DNA of 64,000 nt from assembly GCA_951406725.2 (NCBI GenBank), contig OX597839.1:14632001-14696000 (forward strand), given 5' to 3'. This DNA comes from Octopus vulgaris. Taxonomy: Eukaryota. Below the pieces are notes generated by a model. It was given only the letters and a program-made list of their open reading frames with translations, was not told the origin of the DNA and searched no databases. The position numbers and the translations under genes are program-made. Position 1 is the stretch's first letter. Each line of letters begins with the position of its first letter. Of the stretch, positions 54,582 through 62,871 are shown piece by piece.

Positions 54582-57257
54582 TATACAGGGGTTGGATAAA
54601 ATAATGGAAACACATAGCATCATAATTTTGAAATATCTTATAAAACTGTCAAAAGCTTGTTTATATTTATGTTTTTGATTTATTATTAGTGTTGCTTAAT
54701 ATGTTTTGCTAAAATTGCTGTTTCTTTTCGGATATTACCAGAAAAAGGTAATTAAAATGACAGATTTATCAAAGAGGTCAAATTGTTAGTGCTCGTATGG
54801 CAAGCACTAGTGTAATGAAAACAGCCGAAATGTTTGGCTTACCAAGATGTACTGTCTTGAAAGTTATAACAGCCTTTGAGAAAGATGAAAAAACCTCCTC
54901 ATTGAAACAAATCTCCAGAAGGAAACCAAAACTTTCAGATAGGGACCGTTGGAATCTTATGCGAATTGTGAAAAAGGATCACAAAAGTACAGCTCCCAAA
55001 ATTACTGCAGAACTTAATAACCACTTTGACAACCCAGTTTCCACAAAACCTGTTTGCTGGGAGCTGCACAAATCTGGATTTCACGGGAGGGCTGCAATCA
55101 AAAAACTACTTTCAAAAGCAAGTGTTTAGAGTGGAGTAAAAACCTACAGAATTGTCCCTAGAGCAGTGGAAGAATGTTATTTTCTAGGACGAGTTATCTT
55201 TATCTTATTTCTGACCACTGGCCAAGTATACGTGTGGAGACAGCCAAAAGAACCATTTGACCCAGACTGCCTTCTTCCATCTGTTAAACATGGAGGAGGA
55301 TCTGTGATGATCTGGGGGCCTATATCTTGGAAAGCCATTGGCCCAATGGTTTCCTTTCATGGCAGAATTAATAGTCAAGACTATTTAAGCATTTTATCTG
55401 ATCAAATTCATCCTATGTTTGTGGAACTGTTTCCAGAGGGAAACACAATCTTTCAGGATGGTCATGCACCAATTCACACAGCTAAAGTTGTTAATGAATG
55501 GCATGAAGAACATTCTAGTGAAGTTGAACATCTTATCTGGCCACCACAGTCCCCAGATCTCAATATTATATCCTCCAACATCATCATTACAAGAACTGGA
55601 GACTGTTTTAGCTGAAGAATGGACAAAAATTCCTTTGAAAACAATTCAAACTTTGTATGAGTCTATACCTTGTAGAATTCAAGCTGTAATTACTAATTAC
55701 TGCCAAAGGCAGTCCTACCCTATATTAAAATAAATTTGTTTGAAATTTTAAGGTGTTTCCATTATTTTGTCCAACCCCTGTACAGATATATATATATATA
55801 TATGAGCATGTGTGTGTATATTTTATACACATATTTACAGTCACAAAACCACACATACACATGCACAAAAATGTGTGTGTATGTTTTTACTACTGACTCA
55901 TTACATGACAGTGTAAGTGGCTGAGTATTCTATATGCACATGTACCCTTAATGCAATCCAGATGCAGAATCAGAGTGACACAGCATATGACAAACCTGCT
56001 ACTTTGAATTACTTATACAATCCATGTAAGGGGATTCCTCACTGTTTACTAAAGATACACACTTGCAAAATTAGTTTCCCTCTTTCACTCTATACATGTT
56101 AGTCTTCCTGTAAGATAAATAAGTTTTAACTCCCAAGACTTTTACACCAACGCTATATATGATTTTGTACAAAATTAACTCATCAGCTGTAAAGAATATT
56201 GCATATTTATACTCACATTCTTTTCATGAAATCAATAAAAGAAGTTGATAAAAATATGATATTCATAGATTATATACAAATTGAACAAAGAGAACATGCG
56301 ATGTTGTGTACAATAAAGCTGACAAGACTCGATTAGGTTCAAATCATGATATTTCACCTGTCAGGTTGACATATTTGCTTTAGTGGTTTTAACCTCAAAA
56401 TTATTTCACAGTACAAACTACAAGACCTTATACAGAATTACTAAGGACAAAACTCAACTAAGACAGCAACATAAAACCATGCACAGTCTATTGCACACAT
56501 AATAAACACATAAGGCCACTAACATTTTTAAATATACATTTCAGAACAAATTTTCTTAGACTTAACATCTGAGATCAGTTATTGTTAACACAATTTTAAT
56601 TTTGCTAACTAATTAATCTTATCTTTGCAGATGAAATATTTTTCAACTCTTCAGCATTCAGATTACTCTGACAAATATAATGCTTATCTAACCACATCAT
56701 TTTGAATAAATCATCCATTATCTAGTGGTTTTGAGATATCAACAATGTGGTTGTTCATTTTTAGAATGATACTATAGAAAAGGTGTCAAAGGCTGGATTT
56801 GGCCAGTTTAGTCATAAAACAAGTGAAATATTTCAGTAGGATGTGGACGATTTAAGTGCTAAAAGGTTAATATTTACATCTAAACAACATTTCGATCAGT
56901 TTTATTGTTTTGCTCTTTGATATATATATATATTGCCTTATTAGCACTTATGCTGGTGGCACGTGAAAAATGTCATTCGAGAGAGGTTGTTGCCAGTGCT
57001 GCTGGACTGGCTCCTGTGCAGGTGGCACACAAAAAGCACCATTTGAGCGTAGCTGTTGCCAGTACCACCAAACTGACCCTCGTGTCGGTGGCACGTAAAA
57101 GCACTACACTCTCAGAGTGGTTGGCGTTAGGAAGGGCATCCAGCTGTAGAAACTCTGCCAGATCAGATTGGAGCCTGGTTCGCCAGACCTCAGTCAAATC
57201 GTCCAACCCATGCTAGCATGGAAAGCGGACATTAAACAATGATGATGATGATGATGA

Positions 57258-57294
<37 letters not shown>

Positions 57295-60222
57295 CATATA
57301 TATACATATATATATATATATATATTTATATATGCATACATATATATACATATATATATATATAGTACCAGTCTGGATTCTTCAATAACTTATATTTTTA
57401 AGTTAATATAGTAATACACTCAGCCACTATGACACAATTATTTAACACTAAATTTTTAGGTGAACTTAATTTATTTCTGAATAAAGGCAGCCATATTGAG
57501 CTCATTCAGGGGGGTGATGCTTACTGATTGATTTTTCAGCAAGCTCTTTATATAAACTATATCCTTGATTTCTCTAACTTATGATCATGGTTTTCACTTC
57601 ATTTAATTCTGAGCAAATACATAATTTCCTTTTTCACGTCACATATATTCAATCAATTCTAATACAGATGTTTTTTTTCCCTCTCACTAATGTTCCTCCA
57701 TTCTGACTTTATGGAGTTTCTCAGTTTCTTTATTTTAAGACCTTCTTCATATGCAACATCTATATCAACCCATGCATTTGCAGGTATTATATGCAACAGT
57801 AAATACCTGTGGTTAAGTGGATAAGTGGGTATGTGTGTACATGTGGCTTTGTTAGAAGAGAAAAGGCAGTGTCCATGACCTCTTTCAGGGTCTTCGAGAT
57901 TATTGAGAGGACTTAACCCCCAAATTTGCAACAAAATATACTCAACTAAAAGCCCTCACTAGCCAGGTAGTAGTGTTAAACCAGGCACTGAATTAGCCTA
58001 CTACCAAAAATAGGAATGATCCCTCTGATGAACTTCCACAAAAATTCTGTTGACCGAATATCATTCACAAAACTTTGGTTAATATGTGAAGCTATGGCAG
58101 AAGACACTTGCCCATGGTGCCTTCACTGCACAACCGACTGCATTTATGTGTAGCTTGTGCAAAGTGTACTAACTGTAAGGCTTTATTATTTATAATTTTT
58201 GTATCATTATCATCATTATCATTATTATTATCAAGCAAAACTAGAAGTATTTTAAGCATAAAAATTTGCCATAAAAACCAAATATATTTTTACATACAGA
58301 ACACACACACACACACAAAATGCAAATATATACTTATAAGTAAAAACTATCAAACATTTAAAAAAATACACACATATAACATTCTTTCTTTCTCTCTCAC
58401 ACACACATACACTCACTTGATAGTATCTTATAATAGTATCAAGATTTTGCATAAAAAATTAGAAAAAGCAGAGTAAAAAAAAAAATGACACTTTTGATGT
58501 ACATCATAGCTGGCATTGAACTTGGTAATAGCAATCTAAGCAATCTAAATGCTTTCATATTTTACAAACTACAACAGTAACAACTACTGTTGTTACTACT
58601 ACTACTACCACTGCTGGTGCTGCTACTGCAACTACTGCTACTACTAGCTTTTCGTAGGACATGCAATAATTGTCATTTGACTTCACCCATGACCACTCTA
58701 CATAGGAGATGGAGTGCAGTTGATTGATTATTGCTAAAGATCATGATTAAACTTAAACTTGAAAACAAATCGAAACAGTGATTTTGGACGTATTTTTCTG
58801 TTTCAGTCAATTTTCTATTCTCATAATGACAACAAAAGACCTTGCATTCAAAACATGTTACAAAAACAGGAACCACAATATACGAAACAAACAGTTTAGA
58901 AAAATCCAAATTTGTAATCTGCTGTCTGTGAGAAATAAAGAAATAATTGGTTTAAATTTTAGCACCACTTCTACTACAGAATTACAATTTCTCTTTGGAT
59001 AGGTGCAAAGTTAATCTTGTGTTGGGCAATATATCATTGTCAGTTGTATCAACTCCAAGTGTGGATGCAGGTATGGTTTAGGGATTCAGGAGTTTTGCTT
59101 GCCAACATATGGTTCTGGGATCTATTGCACAGTGTGACACCTTGGGCAAGTGTCATCTACCATAGATTCAAGTTGGCTAATGCCTGTGGAAACTGGTGAA
59201 GAGAAATTGTACAGAAGCCCATCATATGTGTAATTGTGTCTGCTGGTGAAAGTTATATACATCAGCAGGAAAAAGTTTGATAAAGTAATGTTTCAACAAA
59301 AACACTTCAAGTATTTATTCCACCTGAATTGTACACACACACTCGCACTTCTTGCTACCCTCAGTATCAGAAATGCTGAGAACCAGTGATTGCCCTCTTA
59401 AACCTATAATACAACAATGCTATTCTTCACAAAATAAAGTGGATTTATCAGAAAAACCCCCCAAAAAAACTGACCTCCACATAAAAGTGGAAAACTTAAA
59501 CTGTCCTGTCAAGAATTGAACCTGAGATAACAAGGTATCAAATGACCTTTACTTTAATACCAAATGCATACATCCTGAGTGAATGGATAATTAGAAAACA
59601 GCTGAAACCAATTTAATATACACTTAACATTCCATATTATACAAGTGCCTAGTATTATATATTGAATGGCAATGAATTAACATTAAAAGTGTTCTAACTT
59701 ATTGCCATTTCAGTTATGAATTTTATATCTTATACATAACTTTTTCTCTTCTATCAACCAAATTTTAATCCATGAACCACAGGGCAGAAAATGACAATAA
59801 CAGGAAAAAATGAATTCTAGAATTCTATTAAATATTATATAAAATGTCGAGTTCAGAGCACAACCATCTGCATCAACACACCACCTTCCTCTATTTGGAT
59901 AAATTATTTATATTTCTGGAAGTCATTTTTGGAAAAGAAATTGTATACATATGTAAAGAAAAGCAAAGAAGCATGCAGCAACACGATGCAAGTGAAAGTG
60001 ATGACTATAAAATTTGGATTGAAAAATAAAGACATGGTTTCAGGCAGGATATCACTAAACATTTTAGCGCGGAGTCTACAGATCTGTTCACGAATTACTT
60101 ACGACAGTCAACTTCATCAGATCCATCAGGACAGTCTTTCCTGCGATCACAGTGCCTGTTTATCGGAAGACAGTGGCCAGTACCGCACAGAAAATCATCG
60201 CCAGGACATTTGCGTGCTACAG
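501..60222 (-). CDS. HSPG2: Perlecan (basement-membrane heparan sulfate proteoglycan core protein), partial multi-exon gene with 28 exons in the window; it continues beyond both ends
   Basis: The exons splice in one frame with no junction stops. The order LDLa x3 - Ig ([21 protein letters not shown]...[10 protein letters not shown]) - laminin EGF (CMSCFCF) - laminin B ([13 protein letters not shown]) and the motif [27 protein letters not shown] match the perlecan domain II/III junction. Confidence 0.95.
1022..1370 (+). mobile_element. RTE-clade LINE 3' fragment (degenerate)
   Basis: Reads [19 protein letters not shown]...[12 protein letters not shown]...[10 protein letters not shown] with one internal stop. 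Confidence 0.75.
1409..1533 (-). CDS. HSPG2: Perlecan exon, laminin EGF-like start of domain III (125 nt)
   Basis: [41 protein letters not shown]; tttcag / GTAAGT. Confidence 0.88.
1705..2080 (+). mobile_element. tRNA-derived SINE, family 1
   Basis: GGAGTGGCTG...GGTCCAGTCCC head, central (TA)/(TG) tract, CAGTCAA.TGACTGAAACAAGT tail; near-identical copies elsewhere in the window. Confidence 0.85.
2153..2545 (+). mobile_element. tRNA-derived SINE, family 1 (full length)
   Basis: A-box TGGCTGTGTGG and B-box-like GGTTCAGTCCC; highly similar to 29590-30003 and 60685-61076. Confidence 0.88.
3490..3777 (-). CDS. HSPG2: Perlecan exon, conserved domain-II Ig (single 288-nt exon)
   Basis: PPVIVSPP...[21 protein letters not shown]...[27 protein letters not shown]; taacag / GTAAGT. 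Confidence 0.94.
3852..4156. mobile_element. Penelope-like fold-back insertion with 19-bp TSD
   Basis: Inverted repeat 3848-4099; direct repeat GAAATGTATAACTTTTGTT at 3833-3851 and 4157-4175; hammerhead-like motif at the centre. Confidence 0.7.
5149..5269. mobile_element. 121-bp MITE with 36-bp TIRs, TGT...ACA ends and 4-bp TSD (Ginger-like)
   Basis: Absent from the paralogous Helitron B copy (empty site GGGGG at 21975-21979); GGGG is duplicated here. Confidence 0.75.
5961..6970. repeat. Tandem repeat of about 166 bp, 6 units, inside Helitron B
   Basis: CGTCCT anchor recurs at 5965, 6131, 6297, 6464, 6630 and 6795; CGTCGT at 6955. Confidence 0.92.
7965..8096 (-). CDS. HSPG2: Perlecan exon, LDLa repeat (132 nt)
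   Basis: [43 protein letters not shown]; ttacag / GTAAGT. Confidence 0.92.
8660..8779 (-). CDS. HSPG2: Perlecan exon, LDLa repeat (120 nt)
   Basis: [39 protein letters not shown]; atccag / GTAAGT. Confidence 0.93.
9020..9553 (+). mobile_element. 5'-truncated, internally deleted copy of the RTE LINE family
   Basis: [15 protein letters not shown]...[13 protein letters not shown] followed by 3' UTR repeats and a (GAT)n tail. Confidence 0.85.
9770..10068 (+). mobile_element. RTE 3'-end derivative
   Basis: CACCCACTACACTCTC.GAGTGGTTGGCGTTAGGAAGGG...GGACGTTAAA(GAT)n as at 20524-20692. Confidence 0.8.
10225..10365 (-). CDS. HSPG2: Perlecan exon, LDLa repeat (141 nt)
   Basis: [46 protein letters not shown]; tttcag / GTAAGT. 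Confidence 0.92.
10798..10942 (-). CDS. HSPG2: Perlecan exon, Ig9 C-half (type B, 145 nt)
   Basis: [48 protein letters not shown]; ttgcag / GTAAGT. Confidence 0.88.
11335..11555 (-). mobile_element. tRNA-derived SINE, family 2
   Basis: Reverse complement of the GCTGGCAGAA.CGTTAGCACGCCGGGCGAAATG...GAGTTCAAATTCCGCC consensus; copies at about 26783-27000, 36665-36895, 37240-37680 and 62872-63100. Confidence 0.8.
12277..12401 (-). CDS. HSPG2: Perlecan exon, Ig9 N-half (type B, 125 nt)
   Basis: [41 protein letters not shown]; ctttag / GTGAGC. Confidence 0.88.
12871..13015 (-). CDS. HSPG2: Perlecan exon, Ig8 C-half (type A, 145 nt)
   Basis: [48 protein letters not shown]; ttctag / GTAAGT. Confidence 0.88.
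13521..13810 (+). mobile_element. tRNA-derived SINE, family 3
   Basis: TGGCCTAGTGGTTAG A-box and GGTTCGAATCTC B-box; relatives at 38922-39325 and 52200-52397 (minus). Confidence 0.8.
14359..14483 (-). CDS. HSPG2: Perlecan exon, Ig8 N-half (type A, 125 nt)
   Basis: [41 protein letters not shown]; tttcag / GTGAGT. Confidence 0.88.
16822..19848 (+). CDS. RTE LINE endonuclease/reverse transcriptase (1008 aa, C-terminal frameshift)
   Basis: APE motifs GTLNV, QEIRW, GDFNGH, SQIDYIL, QHRLV; RT motifs [20 protein letters not shown] (19000-19011), YLG; PHD-like Cys/His insert. Confidence 0.95.
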   Translation: MLMNSAKCEFSSSFQVHDATAPRPWASRVNTFHTLRVGTLNVGTLKGRSGEIVEMLERRRVDVCCMQEIRWRGGSARFLTGKEHRYKIFWAGNTDGVGGVGILIAEKWIDRVIEVIRVSDRILKIRIVLHNRLATIISAYAPQPGLPDRQKDSFYDTLLQTTSLTNDRDLLFVAGDFNGHVGRHAGAFHGVHGGYGYGSRNEEGTRLLEFCDANSLMVCNTNFRKPTSHLVTYRSGRHTSQIDYILARKRERWLLINAKTFPGEECTPQHRLVVSDFRIRTKRATRRRPTWRRRVWKLKDPANGQRFRDMLLEAFDEVEGGIATHGVEDNWTFLRDNLLKAADQICGWCKVPLRPKITWWWNNIVDRAIRQKKQAWKAWKNGGSREVYQTARREARRQVYLARGEADKRKFANVLRREDERLEVFRVARQCVRENRDVVGEKCVRMEDGSLALNEDAKREAWRRHYERLLNEENEWDKESLPNVDPTEGPAIRVDSSVVAKAIRSMKTGKAPGPSGITAEMLKISGSVGYSIVTRIVNQVIHEGVIPNDWCSSIIVNCYKGKGDALDTNNYRGIKLLDQVMKVTERVIAELIRERVSLDDMQFGFVPGKSTTDAIFLVRQLQEKYLAKGKPLYLAFVDLEKAFDRVPRSLIWWSMRKLGIDEWLVRAVRAMYRDAASKVRVGNEYSEEFRVEVGVHQGSVLSPLLFIIVLQAITEEFKTGCPWELLYADDLALISESLSELEEKFQVWKQGLESKGLRINLAKTKVLISRKVDQPQTTSGRWPCSICKKGVGRNSIRCTKCKLWTHKRCSNVKGRLTGKIVFVCGRCSGEINTGNVQRPTSTTFQGDKLEVVDSFRYLGDQVSSGGGCAESVTARVRIAWAKFRELLPLLVTKGLSLRVKGRLYDACVCTAMLHGSETWAVTAEDMRKLTRNEASMLRWMCNVSVHNRQSVSTLRKKLNLRSVSCGVQERRLRWYGHMTRMAEDSCVQKCYTLAVEGTCGRGKPGTKW
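20090..20530 (+). repeat. GC-rich tandem repeat of about 60 bp in the RTE 3' UTR
   Basis: CACCATCCGAGCGTGG...CTGTGTCGGTGGCACATAAAA repeated at least four times, plus diverged units. Confidence 0.9.
20918..21062 (-). CDS. HSPG2: Perlecan exon, Ig7 C-half (type B, 145 nt)
   Basis: [48 protein letters not shown]; ttgtag / GTGAGA. Confidence 0.88.
21350..21595 (+). mobile_element. LINE 3' fragment (CR1-group-like C-terminus)
   Basis: [21 protein letters not shown]...NSLLEW, then a short UTR with a stem-loop and (TA)n. Confidence 0.55.
21820..23801 (-). mobile_element. Helitron family B, copy 2 (Pif1 fragment open at 21896-22417; four 166-bp units)
   Basis: TC/CTAG termini at A/T; [30 protein letters not shown] is the Helitron Pif1 helicase signature. 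Confidence 0.88.
24300..24473 (+). mobile_element. RTE 3'-end derivative
   Basis: Matches 20524-20692 and ends in (GAT)n. Confidence 0.8.
24738..24862 (-). CDS. HSPG2: Perlecan exon, Ig7 N-half (type B, 125 nt)
   Basis: [41 protein letters not shown]; ttgcag / GTAAGC. Confidence 0.88.
25491..25635 (-). CDS. HSPG2: Perlecan exon, Ig6 C-half (type B, 145 nt)
   Basis: [48 protein letters not shown]; ttacag / GTTTGT. Confidence 0.87.
25889..26124. repeat. Long inverted repeat (arms of about 110 bp), possible Penelope-like remnant
   Basis: The arms are reverse complements; the centre contains CTGAAGA on minus. Confidence 0.75.
26425..26549 (-). CDS. HSPG2: Perlecan exon, Ig6 N-half (type B, 125 nt)
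   Basis: [41 protein letters not shown]; tttcag / GTATGT. Confidence 0.88.
27436..27594. repeat. Compound (GTA/GTG/GCA)n microsatellite
   Basis: Read directly. Confidence 0.95.
28237..28384 (-). CDS. HSPG2: Perlecan exon, Ig5 C-half (type A, 148 nt)
   Basis: [49 protein letters not shown]; ttgcag / GTAAGT. Confidence 0.88.
29145..29179 (-). ncRNA. Degenerate canonical minimal hammerhead motif (Penelope-like remnant)
   Basis: GTTT-CTGACGA-A-GAGC tcc GCTT-GAA-GCAT-A-AAAC; two substitutions from GAA-ACGT-A. Confidence 0.5.
29590..30003 (+). mobile_element. tRNA-derived SINE, family 1
   Basis: High similarity to 2153-2545. Confidence 0.85.
30394..30518 (-). CDS. HSPG2: Perlecan exon, Ig5 N-half (type A, 125 nt)
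   Basis: [41 protein letters not shown]; taacag / GTTAGT. Confidence 0.87.
31598..31745 (-). CDS. HSPG2: Perlecan exon, Ig4 C-half (type B, 148 nt)
   Basis: [49 protein letters not shown]; cagCAG (NAGNAG) acceptor / GTAAGT. Confidence 0.87.
33185..33309 (-). CDS. HSPG2: Perlecan exon, Ig4 N-half (type B, 125 nt)
   Basis: [41 protein letters not shown]; ttttag / GTAAGT. Confidence 0.88.
33366..33668 (-). mobile_element. RTE 3'-end derivative in reverse orientation
   Basis: Closely matches the reverse complement of about 20460-20690. Confidence 0.85.
34289..34509. mobile_element. piggyBac-type MITE
   Basis: TTAA-CCCTTTCATTAC...GTAACGAAAGGG-TTAA. Confidence 0.75.
34544..34691 (-). CDS. HSPG2: Perlecan exon, Ig3 C-half (type A, 148 nt)
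   Basis: [49 protein letters not shown]; tttcag / GTAAGT. Confidence 0.88.
37085..37209 (-). CDS. HSPG2: Perlecan exon, Ig3 N-half (type A, 125 nt)
   Basis: [41 protein letters not shown]; ttacag / GTGAGT. Confidence 0.88.
37740..38065 (+). mobile_element. RTE (BovB-like) LINE 3' fragment
   Basis: [37 protein letters not shown]...AAQDRTDW...TESRLRLSG*, then an (AGAT)n tail. Confidence 0.75.
38298..38445 (-). CDS. HSPG2: Perlecan exon, Ig2 C-half (type B, 148 nt)
   Basis: [49 protein letters not shown]; tttcag / GTAAGT. Confidence 0.88.
38922..39325 (+). mobile_element. tRNA-derived SINE, family 3, with a short internal insertion
   Basis: Head TGGCCCAGTGGTTAGG; the body aligns to 13521-13810 apart from an insert at about 39160-39268, which recurs at about 42355-42462. 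Confidence 0.75.
39858..39982 (-). CDS. HSPG2: Perlecan exon, Ig2 N-half (type B, 125 nt)
   Basis: [41 protein letters not shown]; tttcag / GTAAGT. Confidence 0.88.
40494..40937 (+). mobile_element. mariner-derived fold-back remnant
   Basis: TIR-like GTGGTCTGATCAATAAGTATCC; [18 protein letters not shown] transposase N-terminus; internal inverted arms at about 40600-40663 and 40875-40937. Confidence 0.6.
43154..43480 (-). mobile_element. tRNA-derived SINE inserted into a family-2 SINE, 13-bp TSD
   Basis: TAGTTGAGTACTA at 43141-43153 and 43481-43493; tRNA head TGGCTTAGTGGTTAG on minus. Confidence 0.85.
44285..44432 (-). CDS. HSPG2: Perlecan exon, Ig1 C-half (type A, 148 nt)
   Basis: [49 protein letters not shown]; ttgcag / GTAAGC. 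Confidence 0.88.
45274..45398 (-). CDS. HSPG2: Perlecan exon, Ig1 N-half (type A, 125 nt)
   Basis: [41 protein letters not shown]; cag / GTAAGT. Confidence 0.88.
45567..45661. repeat. Inverted repeat (arms of about 40 bp)
   Basis: AATTAAAACCCATAGATAGTGTATTTCAAGAGAAATA followed by its reverse complement. Confidence 0.85.
47624..47731 (-). CDS. HSPG2: Perlecan exon, LDLa repeat (108 nt, phase 1-1)
   Basis: [35 protein letters not shown]; ttaaag / GTGAGC. Confidence 0.88.
48299..48434 (+). mobile_element. Short RTE 3' fragment with 11-bp TSD
   Basis: [11 protein letters not shown]...AMMDREVWR, (TGA)n tail, AATTCTTTCCC at 48288 and 48435. Confidence 0.8.
50319..50418. repeat. (CTA)n microsatellite
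   Basis: Read directly. Confidence 0.9.
51715..51831 (-). CDS. HSPG2: Perlecan exon, LDLa repeat (117 nt, phase 1-1)
   Basis: [38 protein letters not shown]; ttacag / GTTTGT. Confidence 0.88.
53090..53461 (-). mobile_element. Helitron family A, uninterrupted copy of about 370 bp
   Basis: Matches 4855-4988 joined to 7412-7641; TC...CTAG termini at A/T. Confidence 0.82.
53701..53817 (-). CDS. HSPG2: Perlecan exon, LDLa repeat (117 nt, phase 1-1)
   Basis: [38 protein letters not shown]; tttgtag / GTAAGT. Confidence 0.9.
53968..54367. repeat. Long inverted repeat (arms of about 115 bp), probable Penelope-like remnant
   Basis: 53968-54085 pairs with 54251-54367; the spacer has GAAACAGCTGTA on minus. 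Confidence 0.75.
54586..55780 (+). mobile_element. Tc1-family DNA transposon with frameshifted transposase
   Basis: TA TSD; 28-bp TIRs CAGGGGTTGGA(T/C)AAAATAATGGAAACAC; motifs [32 protein letters not shown]. Confidence 0.92.
56950..57260 (+). mobile_element. RTE 3'-end derivative
   Basis: Repeat units, the shared 3' core and a (GAT)n tail. Confidence 0.8.
60103..60222 (-). CDS. HSPG2: Perlecan exon, LDLa repeat (120 nt, phase 1-1)
   Basis: [39 protein letters not shown]; ttacag acceptor, GTAAGT donor. Confidence 0.9.
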
Positions 60223-60684
60223 CTGTAATCAAGAAATTATCAGGTTATCATGCATAATTGGGGGTGGGGGCGGCGGACGTTGAAACAATCATTTAAAAGA
60301 AATTAGAGAAGAGTGCATCTGTGAATTAAGTGATGTTGGTTGCTGAAGAAGGATTATTTCAGAGATTGGTTGCACGTGAGATGGGGAGAGGCTGAAACAG
60401 ATGGCAAGGAAGTAAGAGAGAAGGAGAAAAAAAAAATCTCCAATTTAAGATAGATGAAAAGAAATATCTTCATGTTAATGTCCAAAGTAACTGTGATGCA
60501 AATTTAGTAGATGCAAATTAAGAGATAGAAGATTAAGAAAAATAGAGGAAAATGTGAAAGGTTAGAGAAAATGAATGACAGGAAAAAAATGGATAAAAAG
60601 ACAAAAATGTGAAAGTTAGAAATTGCTGAAGATTCAATGATTAGAGATTCGATGATTTTTTTTTAATAAGGAGGTGGGTAGATA

Positions 60685-60886
60685 CTCTTTTTACTCTTTT
60701 ACTTGTTTCAGTCATTTGACTGCGGCCATGCTGGAGCACCACCTTTAATCGAGCAACTCGACCCCGGGACTTATTCTTTGTAAGCCCAGTACTTATTCTA
60801 TTGGTCTCTTTTGCCGAACCACTAAGTGATGGGGACATAAACACACCAGCATCGGTTGTCAAGCAATGCTAGGGGGACAAACACAG

Positions 60887-60927
<41 letters not shown>

Positions 60928-61076
60928 CATATATACAACAGGCTACCAAATCCACTCACAAGGCTTTGGTCAGCCCAAGGCTATAGTAGAAGACACTTGC
61001 CCAAGGTGCCACGCAGTGGGACTGAACCCGGAACCATTGGTAAACAAGCTACTTACCACACAGCAACTCCTACGCC
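60685..61076 (-). mobile_element. tRNA-derived SINE, family 1
   Basis: Reverse complement of 2153-2545 with small deletions. Confidence 0.85.
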
Positions 61077-61650
61077 TATTTACGAACTCTATTTTTTAAA
61101 CTCCATCTATATCTCAGCCTTGAAACACTTAAAACTGTCAGCTGATGACCGAGTAATCTCCCCCTGAATAGAACCTACTAATGCAGTGCAGGTTATAACC
61201 TAAGTAATCAGGTACACATTGCCAACAACAGAAGCCAAGTAGAGGCTTTCAGTCTTAAACACCATGAAACACCTGCAGTGGGTTTGAACTGTCAACTTAT
61301 CAGCAGATAATTCAATGCAAAATCCACTCAACCATGACATCTCAACAATACTCACTATGACTAATTGTATGCTGCTTTTAACTGTTAGGCTTTCATATTG
61401 TAGTATTGTTTAGCCTCACATCATCCTTGGTTGAGTTGGTCTCTGATGAAAGGCATTCCAGCCATGATCATCCGATCTTTTGTGTTTCAGACTGAGTGTA
61501 TATCCAATGTGTTCTTCCTTTTTTTTTTATTTCTTTTTTAAATGTTAAGGTATAATATAAAAGAGATTTGATTATTATTTCAATCAGGTTAGGTGACTAC
61601 TCATTCAGAAACTATTCCATGTGGAACTGGTGATCAGTAACAGCTTAGAT

Positions 61651-61869
61651 CGGTGGTTTTCAACCAGGATTCCGCGGAACCTTGGGGTTCCGCCAGTACA
61701 GTCCAGGGGTTCCGCAAGAAGTTACAAAAATGCTAAAATTGACAGTAATTTTTAATTCTCCTGTGCAGATATGTGTGCATAGGACAATTAAATTATTGCA
61801 CAGGGGTTCCTCGAGCCAGTGAAATGTTTTCTTGGGGTTCCGCTCCAGCAAAAAGTTTGAAAAACACTG
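61651..61869. mobile_element. hAT (Charlie-like) MITE with 8-bp TSD
   Basis: CGGTGGTTTTCAAC...TTTGAAAAACACTG flanked by GCTTAGAT at 61643 and 61870. Confidence 0.85.
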
Positions 61870-62079
61870 GCTTAGATAAACTGTAAACTTAGAAACTTGG
61901 CTTCAAACGTTTATTAATAATTTGTATTATACTGAAGACAAATATATTTTAGAAAAATAAGGCTTATAGCATTGTTTTTCTTTTCTCTATGGCATTACTG
62001 GATATATGTATGTGTTAGGAAGGCATTCCTAGCACAGTGTGAGTGTGTGCCCCAGTGAAAATAACTAACAGCAAAGAGT

Positions 62080-62530
62080 GTTGAAGTAACAGAAGGAGTG
62101 AGATGTGATTATGAAGCAGAAAATATCGAGAAGTGATTAAGTACCAGGACATTGTGAAACATAAATTAGTAACAGGACATGGTGAAATGTGATTAAAATA
62201 ACAGAAACATTGTGAGATGTAATTAAGTAATGGAACATTGTGAGATGTAATTAAGGAACAGAAACATTGTGAGATGTAATTAAGTAATGAAGCATTGTGA
62301 GATGTAATTAAGTAACAGAAACATTGTGAGATGTAATTAAGTAACAGAAACATTGTGAGGTGTAAATACATAACAGAACATTGAGATGTGATTAAAAACA
62401 GAACAATGTGAGATGTAATTAAGTAACAGAACATTGAGAAGTGTAAATAAATAACAAAACATTGTGAATTGAAATTATGTACCAAAACAGTGAAATATAA
62501 TTAAATAATGAAACTTGTGAAATGTGATCA
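62080..62530. repeat. Minisatellite of about 28 bp
   Basis: GAAACATTGTGAGATGTAATTAAGTAACA and variants in tandem. Confidence 0.88.
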
Positions 62531-62871
62531 AGAAAGATAAAAAAAAATGTGTGCAAACATAATCATGACAAGCAGTGTAAGGTTTGTGGTGTAATTGTTT
62601 AAGCCTTAAACATTCTTTCTTTTTGGTGCAAAGCCATCAATTTCGAAGGGAGGGGGCAAGTCGATTACATCAACATTACATTGACCCCTGCACTCAACAG
62701 GTACTTTATTTTGCAGACCTCCAAAAGGATGAAAGGCAAAATTGACCTTGGTGGCATTTGAACTCAGAACATCAAGAACTGGAAGAAATGCCACCAAGCA
62801 TTTTCTTTGGCACAGTAATGATTCTGTAAGCTTGCCATCTTATATAAGCCTTAATGATATTGCCTTATATT

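Noticed and set aside
62015-62485. 156-aa Cys/His-rich ORF
   Set aside because: It is a translation of the 28-bp minisatellite.
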